From: Vulcanimicrobiota bacterium
GTDB taxonomy: Bacteria; Vulcanimicrobiota; Vulcanimicrobiia; Vulcanimicrobiales; Vulcanimicrobiaceae
Length of the DNA: 64,000 nucleotides
Assembly (NCBI GenBank): GCA_963695225.1
Contig: OY968762.1
Location: 448,001 to 512,000 of the forward strand
Direction: 5' to 3'
Shown here: piece after piece, positions 58,339-64,000 of the stretch
How positions within the stretch are numbered: position 1 is the stretch's first letter
Layout of the letters: the number at the start of each line of letters is the position of its first letter
Program-made: the position numbers and the translations under genes
Notes under the pieces: generated by a model
What the model was told of the DNA's origin: nothing
Database searches by the model: none
Seen by the model: only the letters and a program-made list of their open reading frames with translations

Positions 58339-58348
58339 TATTCGAATA
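58339..58348. promoter_or_regulatory. Palindrome abutting the ArsR start, candidate auto-operator
   Basis: TATTCGAATA, AT-rich in a GC-rich context. Confidence 0.45.
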
Positions 58349-58418
58349 TTGCAGTATGCCGGCCCGCGAGTCCTCCCCCGCAGAGCGCGCGAACGCCATC
58401 CTAACCCAACGTCATCCT

Positions 58419-58666
58419 GATATCTTGGCGCCGCCGGGGTGTTCCCGGTGATCCGGGCGCCGGGTTCCCTATATGCCGGCGATCGTGGCCATGCGTTGCA
58501 ATCCCATCCTCTCTGCCTTCGCGGGCCGCCTCCGCGCGAACGGGAAGCGGCCCAAGCAGATCATCGTGGCCGTGATGCGCCGCCTGCTCGTCCTCGCCTA
58601 CGGCGTCCTCAAGTCCAGGAAGCCCTTCGAAGCCCTACCCCAGGCTTGACGAGTCAGACGGAATCT
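58419..58666 (+). mobile_element. Internally deleted IS110-family element inserted into a REP
   Basis: Splits GTCATCCT|GAGCTTGTCGAAGG; CT(GA) at both junctions; carries the 3' end of an IS110 recombinase gene. Confidence 0.85.
58470..58649 (+). pseudogene. IS110 recombinase C-terminal fragment
   Basis: YMPAIVAMRCNPILSAFAGRLRANGKRPKQIIVAVMRRLLVLAYGVLKSRKPF*; this frame is missed by the ORF track. Confidence 0.88.
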
Positions 58667-58784
58667 GAGCTTGTCGAAGGGTGGCCTGCCGCCAAGTAAG
58701 CCTTGGGCTTGTTTACGGTGAGCGTGCGGTCCGCACGAGTCCCGTACTTGCAAAGGACCGGCCGAATGCTGCATTATGGAGGCG

Positions 58785-58920
58785 GTCGGCAGTTCACCAA
58801 GGCATCGCCGCTCCGCGAGGAGAGCTAAACCTGCCGGTACGAAGACGTTCTCGACACACGCTATCCCGTGCCGAGTCGGAAAGACGGCGATCCCCGATAA
58901 CCTCTCTCTAGAGCGGCACG
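58785..58920 (+). ncRNA. Structured leader RNA, candidate COG3860 RNA motif
   Basis: GCCGCTC (58807-13) pairs with GAGCGGC (58911-17); CGGCAG (58787-92) pairs with CTGCCG (58831-36); lies upstream of a DUF2087 gene; TTGCAA-18-CATTAT promoter precedes it. Confidence 0.6.
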
Positions 58921-58936
58921 TTCTTGAGGATGAGTG

Positions 58937-59506
58937 ATGTCTAGAACCGTTTTCCCGCTCGTCGTGAGCGATATCTCGGCGCTCGCGCGTTCGTTGAAGC
59001 AGCAGCTCGCTGCGAGCGAAACTGCGCCGCGGCACGTCGAGCTCTTGAATGCGATCGCCCGCTCGGCGGGCTATCGCAATTTCCAGCATTTCCGCGCCCA
59101 GTTCGATGCGCGCGACGCGCTCGAAAATGCTGCGCTTCTCACTATGCCCGCACCTGAACCGGAGCCGATCGACTACGTTCGCTTGAAACGGGTGATCCGC
59201 TACTTCGACGCGCAAGGGCGGCTCACACGCTGGCCCTCGAAGGCGGGGCATCGCGAGCCATGCCTGTGGGTGCTTTGGTCTCGGATCCCCTCCGCGACGG
59301 TGTTCGACGAGCGGCAGATCGACCGGCTGCTGCAAGCAAACCATCTCTTCGGCGACCATTGCTTGCTACGCCGGGAGCTCTTCGGGCTGGGTCTCGTCGC
59401 GCGCACGCCGGACGGCCGCGAATACCGCCGGATCGAACGCAAACCGCCGCCCGACGCGCTCGCGTTGATCCGGCACCTCAAGGCCGCCGCGCAGCGAGCA
59501 GCCTAA
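58937..59506 (+). CDS. DUF2087 (COG3860) family protein
   Basis: DISALARSL, HVELLN..AR.AGYRNFQH, RWPSK, HLFGDH.LLRREL, DGREY.R. Confidence 0.85.
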   Translation: MSRTVFPLVVSDISALARSLKQQLAASETAPRHVELLNAIARSAGYRNFQHFRAQFDARDALENAALLTMPAPEPEPIDYVRLKRVIRYFDAQGRLTRWPSKAGHREPCLWVLWSRIPSATVFDERQIDRLLQANHLFGDHCLLRRELFGLGLVARTPDGREYRRIERKPPPDALALIRHLKAAAQRAA

Positions 59507-59588
59507 CTCCCGCAGACGAGCGTCGCTGAGCGGCGGGCATGCAGAGACGTGCCTCCCGCAAAGCGAGCCGGCACGGGCTTCGACCTAG

Positions 59589-59687
59589 GCTTCGACAAGC
59601 TCAGCCCTGACAAATCCCCGTCACCCTGACCCCTTGTCGAAGGATGAGCACGCGAGCGAAGTCACGCTTCGACACGCCCGGCGTGAC
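59589..59687. repeat. Cluster of REP-like palindromic repeats (GTCA..CTGAGCTTGTCGAAG family)
   Basis: GCTTCGACAAGCTCAGCCCTGAC (59589-611), GTCACCCTGACCCCTTGTCGAAGG (59620-643), GCTTCGACACGCCCGGCGTGAC (59666-687). Confidence 0.75.
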
Positions 59688-59721
59688 GGAGCCGCAAGCG
59701 ACCTTCACGTCGGCGAGCGGC

Positions 59722-60822
59722 CTACGATGACACGGGGCGGACGACGTCGTGGGTGCCGAGCGCCCGCCCGCGCAGGTATTGTGGCGCGCAGTAGGCCGTG
59801 CCGCCGAGCGCGTCGGCCGCGTCCCACACGAAGCGCGGATGCCGGATGAAAGCGCGGGCCACGGCGACGGCGTCGCATGCGCCGCCCTCGATCAAGCTCT
59901 CGGCGAAGGCCGGATCGTCGATTCGGCCGACGGCGATCGTGGGGACGCCGGTTGCACGCCGGATCGCGGCGGCAAACTCCGCTTGGTAACCCGGAAAGAT
60001 GTCGATCCGCTGCCGTGGGGAGAGCCCGCCGCCGGAGACGTCGATGAAGTCGCAGCCGAGTCCGCGCAACTCGTGCGCGAACGCGATCGAATCCTCGAGC
60101 GTCCAGCCTCCTTCGACGAAATCCGTCGCACTGATACGGATGCCGAGCGGTTTGTGCTCGGGCCACGCGGCGCGGACGGCGGCGAAGACCTCCAGCGGGA
60201 AGCGCATGCGGTTCGCGCGGCTCCCGCCGTACTCGTCGTCGCGGACGTTGGAGAGCGGCGAGAGGAACTGGTGCAGCAAGTACCCGTGCGCGCCGTGCAG
60301 TTCGACGGCGTCGAGATCGATGCGGGCCGCGCGTTTCGTCGCTTCGACGAACTCGTCGCGCACCGCGTGCATCTCGTCGCGCGAGAGCGCGTGCGGCAGA
60401 TGCCATCCCTCGTCGAACGGCAGGGCCGAAGGCGCGACGGGCGTCCAGGCTTCGGCTCCGCTCGCGGGGCCGAAGCCTTCCCACGGGACCTTGGTAGCCG
60501 CCTTCCGCCCGGCGTGCGCGAGTTGCGTTCCCAACGGCGATGCGCCGTAGTTCCGGTAGAACGCGACGAGGCGCGCCAGCGCAGCTTCGTTTGCGTCCGA
60601 ATACAGGCCGAGGCAGCGATGCGTGATGCGCCCGGCGGCGCTTACGTGCGTCGCCTCGGAGAGCACGAGGCCGGGGCCCGAAACGGCGTATTGGCCGAGG
60701 CTCATCACGTGCCAATCCGTCGCGCACCCGGCGTCGGCGGAATACTGGCACATCGGCGAAACGACGATGCGATTCGCGAGCCGGAGCGAGCGTAGGTCGA
60801 GCGGCGAAAATAGACGTGACAC
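59722..60822 (-). CDS. NADH:flavin oxidoreductase (Old Yellow Enzyme, YqjM/NamA-like)
   Basis: NRIVVSPMCQYS, QLAHAGRK, HGAHGYLLHQFLSP..N.R.DEYGGS..NR, PQYLR. Confidence 0.93.
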   Translation of the reverse strand: MSRLFSPLDLRSLRLANRIVVSPMCQYSADAGCATDWHVMSLGQYAVSGPGLVLSEATHVSAAGRITHRCLGLYSDANEAALARLVAFYRNYGASPLGTQLAHAGRKAATKVPWEGFGPASGAEAWTPVAPSALPFDEGWHLPHALSRDEMHAVRDEFVEATKRAARIDLDAVELHGAHGYLLHQFLSPLSNVRDDEYGGSRANRMRFPLEVFAAVRAAWPEHKPLGIRISATDFVEGGWTLEDSIAFAHELRGLGCDFIDVSGGGLSPRQRIDIFPGYQAEFAAAIRRATGVPTIAVGRIDDPAFAESLIEGGACDAVAVARAFIRHPRFVWDAADALGGTAYCAPQYLRGRALGTHDVVRPVSS

Positions 60823-60905
60823 GCTTGCAAGACGTGCCGAGGGGCTTCCCGGTTGCGCCGAGGGAGGCGTCACCGGGCGCCCCGCGAAACCGACGCCGAC
60901 CCCCT

Positions 60906-60993
60906 GGAGAGGTGGCAGAGTGGTCGAATGCACTCGCTTGGAAAGCGAGCAGACGTGATGAGCGTCTCGGGAGTTCGAATCTCCCCCTCTCCG
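60906..60993 (+). tRNA. tRNA-Ser(GGA)
   Basis: GGAGAGG...CCTCTCCG, anticodon loop TT-GGA-AA, long variable arm. Confidence 0.95.
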
Positions 60994-61069
60994 AAGTCGC
61001 GCGCGCTCGCCAAGAGCGACGCCCCTGCCCCGTCAACCTGTTCCCGTCGCCGCTCGACCCACCGGGAAC

Positions 61070-62038
61070 CTATGCGGGGACGAGTTCCGGCGCGACGACC
61101 GTCGATTCCAACTCGGCGAAGACCGGGTTCGAGAGATACCGTTCGCCCGTGTCGCAGCCGATCGTCACGATCGTCTTGCCGGCGAATTCGGGGCGTGCGG
61201 CGAGTTGTAATGCGGCCCAGATGTTCGCGCCGGCGGAGATGCCGACGAGCAACCCTTCCTCGCGCGCGGCGCGCCGCGCCGTCGCGATCGCGTCTTCGTT
61301 CGTCACGCGGACGATCTCGTCGTAGATCTTCGTGTTGAGCACGTCGGGGACGAAGCCGGCGCCCGTGCCCTGGATCTTGTGCGGGCCGGGCTTCCCGCCG
61401 GAGAGGACGGGCGAGGCATCCGGCTCGACGGCGACGACGTAGAAACCGGGCTTGCGCGCCTTGATGACCTCGCCGACTCCGGTTACCGTTCCGCCGGTGC
61501 CGACCGCGGAGACGAGCGCATCGACGTTGCCGTCCGTATCGTTCCAGATCTCCTCGGCCGTCGCGCGCCTGTGGATCTCCGGGTTCGCCGGATTCTTGAA
61601 CTGCTGCGGCACGAAGTATTTCGCCGGGTCGCTCGCACGGATTTCTTCGGCGCGGCGGATCGCGCCGGGCATCCCTTCGGCGCCCGGTGTCAGCACGAGC
61701 TGCGCGCCGTAGGCCTTGAGCAGGTTGCGCCGTTCGATCGTCATCGTGTCGGGCATCGTGAGGAGGATCGGATACCCTTTCGCCGCCGCGACGAACGCGA
61801 GCGCGATCCCGGTGTTTCCGCTCGTCGGTTCGAGGATCACGGTCCCGGGGCTGAGCTTTCCGTCGCGCTCGGCGGCCTCGATCAACGACAGGCCGATGCG
61901 GTCCTTCACGCTCCCCGCGGGATTGAACGATTCCAATTTCACCAGCACCGTTCCGGCGATGCCCTTATTGAGCCGCGGGATCTTGACCAGCGGCGTCTTG
62001 CCGATCGTCTCGGCCAGGTTCTCGAATATGCGTGCCAT
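61070..62038 (-). CDS. cysK: Cysteine synthase A
   Basis: [46 protein letters not shown]. Confidence 0.97.
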   Translation of the reverse strand: MARIFENLAETIGKTPLVKIPRLNKGIAGTVLVKLESFNPAGSVKDRIGLSLIEAAERDGKLSPGTVILEPTSGNTGIALAFVAAAKGYPILLTMPDTMTIERRNLLKAYGAQLVLTPGAEGMPGAIRRAEEIRASDPAKYFVPQQFKNPANPEIHRRATAEEIWNDTDGNVDALVSAVGTGGTVTGVGEVIKARKPGFYVVAVEPDASPVLSGGKPGPHKIQGTGAGFVPDVLNTKIYDEIVRVTNEDAIATARRAAREEGLLVGISAGANIWAALQLAARPEFAGKTIVTIGCDTGERYLSNPVFAELESTVVAPELVPA

Positions 62039-62051
62039 GCGTCTCCCGTTT

Positions 62052-62089
62052 AGAAAAAGAAAAAACCCCCTGCCGCTCGGCAGAAGGTT
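62052..62089 (-). terminator. Attenuator terminator in the cysK leader
   Basis: AACCTTCTGCC / GGCAGGGGGTT stem followed by TTTTCTTTTTCT, just before the cysK RBS. Confidence 0.85.
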
Positions 62090-62119
62090 CGTGCGTGCGA
62101 TGATCGATGCCCTTACGAG

Positions 62120-62194
62120 TTACGCGCGCGAAACCTCCCCCCGAACGAGTGAGGGTCCACAACAGCAGCGCGAGGCCGTTACGGGGCAGAGCAT
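62120..62194 (-). CDS. Cys-rich leader peptide MLCPVTASRCCCGPSLVRGEVSRA
   Basis: 24-codon ORF with TGC-TGT-TGT run, between a promoter and a terminator upstream of cysK. Confidence 0.8.
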   Translation of the reverse strand: MLCPVTASRCCCGPSLVRGEVSRA

Positions 62195-62201
62195 CCGGTT
62201 G

Positions 62202-62231
62202 AGGCTAGCACTCCCTTCGTGACGCCGTCAA
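62202..62231 (-). promoter_or_regulatory. Promoter giving a leaderless cysK leader transcript
   Basis: TTGACG-18-TAGCCT with extended TG, 7 nt before the leader ATG. Confidence 0.65.
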
Positions 62232-62270
62232 GTAGAAGCACGCGCGGCATAGGAGCACCTGCGGCCGAAC

Positions 62271-63032
62271 CTAGGCGCGAGTCGGGGAGAGAGCAGGCAT
62301 CGCCGCCCGTGTTGCGCCCGGTGCCGGCGCGGTGCTCGGTGCGGCCGTGGGGCTTGGCGCGGGGGAGCCGCGTCCGCCCGTCGACTGCGTCGCGGCCGGA
62401 GCCGGTCTCGCGGTCGTTGCGGGTATTGAGGGCGTTGCGGGTATTGAGGGCGTTGCGGGTATTGAGGGTGTTGCGGGCGCGACGGGCGTGACGGGCGCCG
62501 AGGGAGCGGCCGTCGCCGGGGCGGCCGTCGCCGGAGCCGGCGTCGGCGGAGCTGCGACGAGTTGATCGTGCGCGGTGACGATCAGCCATTCGCCTTGCTC
62601 CTTTTGCGCGACCCACGACGATAGGCCGTACTGCATCTTTTCCCAATGCGGGAGCGTCGCGCGGAGGACCCACCAGCGGACGTCGAGCGCGGCGAGCGTC
62701 GGGCTCAGCGGGCGCACGTCGATGCGCACGAAATGGATCTCGGAATCCTTCAAGCCGCCGGCGAACGCCGCGCGCGCGGCCGCCTCGATCTGCACGCGCC
62801 CGCGCGTGCTGAGGCCGGTGCTGTCCGTGGCCTCGGCGTCCTCGCTGAAGACGCGGGCGAGCGCGCCCGGATCGTGCCGGTTCCACGCCGCGAAGTAGCG
62901 CTCGACGAACAGCGTGAACGTGACGGCCGAATCGCCGGCCGGCTGCGCCCCGCGCGCGCGCGCCTCGCCGCCGAGCCCGCCGGCGAGCGCGAACGCGAGG
63001 ACGAACGCGAGCGTGCGGAAGGCGCGCTTCAG
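62271..63032 (-). CDS. Secreted SgcJ/EcaC (NTF2-like) protein with Pro/Thr tail; probable CTG start
   Basis: AAWNRHD, FSEDA, GRVQI, VRPLSP, GEWLIVTAH; signal peptide. Confidence 0.75.
   Translation of the reverse strand: MKRAFRTLAFVLAFALAGGLGGEARARGAQPAGDSAVTFTLFVERYFAAWNRHDPGALARVFSEDAEATDSTGLSTRGRVQIEAAARAAFAGGLKDSEIHFVRIDVRPLSPTLAALDVRWWVLRATLPHWEKMQYGLSSWVAQKEQGEWLIVTAHDQLVAAPPTPAPATAAPATAAPSAPVTPVAPATPSIPATPSIPATPSIPATTARPAPAATQSTGGRGSPAPSPTAAPSTAPAPGATRAAMPALSPTRA
62415..62477 (-). repeat. 18-bp coding tandem repeat, about 3.5 copies (PATPSI)
   Basis: CGTTGCGGGTATTGAGGG x3 plus a partial copy. Confidence 0.9.
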
Positions 63033-63910
63033 ATGGCGGTCGGATGCCAGAGCGTCTTGAGTTCCGTGAAGCACGTGACGTCGTCGAGGCTGCACGTCTC
63101 CGGGGAGAACCACGCCGTGCGCACGAGCGTTTCGCGCAAGCGCGTCCGCTTCAGGTTCTCCGCCCCCATCCGCTCGATTTCGGCGCTGAAGGACGGATCG
63201 AGACCGGCCGCGTCGAGCGCGTCGACATCCATGTGCCGCGCCAGGTGCGGCGCCAGCTCGATACGCTTGCCGGTGAGCAGGTTAACGGCCCCGGGCGGGA
63301 GATCGCACGTCGCCAAGCACTCCGCGAACGCAACTGCGGTGAACGGGTCCGTCTCGGAGGCGATGACGACGACCGTGTTTCCGGCGACGAGCGGCGGGAC
63401 GACGGTCGAGACCAGGCCGAGCAGGCCCGGCGAGTCCGGCGCGACGACGCCGACCACTCCGACCGGCTCCGGCGTCGAGAGGCTCAGGTACGGACCGGCG
63501 ACGGGATTCCGCGAGGAGACGAGGGCCGCGTACTTGTCGCACCAGCCGGCGAACCAGACGGTCCGGTCGATGGCCGTATCGACCTCGCGCATGCCCTCGG
63601 CTTCGCTCTCGCCCGCCGCCCGCAAGCGCGCGCAGAGGTGCTCCCGCTGCGATTCGATCATCTCGGCGAGCCGGTAGAGGACGAGGCCGCGGCCCGCGGC
63701 GTCCGCCCGCGACCAGTGCGGGAACGCTGCGCGCGCCGCGACCACGGCGTCGCGAAGATCCTTGCGCGAGGCGCGCGCGACGTTGACGGAGCCGAGCGGC
63801 GTCTCGAATGCATCGCTGCGCGCAGATTCCGACCGCACGAACGCTCCGTTCACGAAGAGCTTGTGCATCTTTCGGACTTCGAGCCGCAGGGGCTCGCGAT
63901 GCTTGGGCAT
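63029..63910 (-). CDS. Short aldehyde-dehydrogenase-family protein (NAD-binding domain only)
   Basis: KLFVNGAFVRSES, ASRKDLRDAV, EPVGVVG, PPGAVNLLTG, ELKTLWHP; GGGAGG RBS. Confidence 0.85.
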   Translation of the reverse strand: MPKHREPLRLEVRKMHKLFVNGAFVRSESARSDAFETPLGSVNVARASRKDLRDAVVAARAAFPHWSRADAAGRGLVLYRLAEMIESQREHLCARLRAAGESEAEGMREVDTAIDRTVWFAGWCDKYAALVSSRNPVAGPYLSLSTPEPVGVVGVVAPDSPGLLGLVSTVVPPLVAGNTVVVIASETDPFTAVAFAECLATCDLPPGAVNLLTGKRIELAPHLARHMDVDALDAAGLDPSFSAEIERMGAENLKRTRLRETLVRTAWFSPETCSLDDVTCFTELKTLWHPTAI

Positions 63911-64000
63911 GGGCCTCCCTACGACGTCGCGCGGGAACGAACCTCGAAACGCGTTGTTTGTTCGTCGCAAGCGAGGAAACGCGTTCCGTACGGGCCAAGC

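Overview
High-GC bacterial chromosomal window. Gene content resembles Vulcanimicrobiota/Eremiobacterota, but that is an unverified impression. Layout: (1) RNase P RNA and two convergent tRNA-Ala genes. (2) A ~17 kb accessory, stress-related region between tRNA-Ala(TGC) and tRNA-Ile(GAT), with secreted hydrolases, TetR and XRE-MmyB regulators, a triplicated 'helical protein + DUF1269' module (middle copy fused), katG, mgtA and two gene remnants. (3) An RsbW-like gene, a GH23 muramidase with two paralogous helical proteins, and hsp20. (4) The core yceD-rpmF-fabH-fabD-fabG-acpP-ffh-rpsP-khpA-rimM operon, with a 101-bp tandem repeat of the fabD start. (5) Envelope/hypothetical genes, ABC-F, a FAD oxidoreductase and a giant GT-C-like protein. 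(6) A TorA/TorC-like molybdoenzyme pair. (7) A split class II ribonucleotide reductase with a 481-aa HNH intein ending in Gln, behind NrdR/LexA/DnaA-like boxes. (8) yqeG-HAD-aroE. (9) An ArsR-hyfBCEFGI-type group 4 hydrogenase operon retaining its Ni-binding cysteines. (10) A 248-bp internally deleted IS110 element inserted in a REP, a candidate COG3860 RNA upstream of a DUF2087 gene, a flavin oxidoreductase, tRNA-Ser, and cysK behind a leaderless poly-cysteine attenuator. All calls come from reading sequence motifs; no database search was run.
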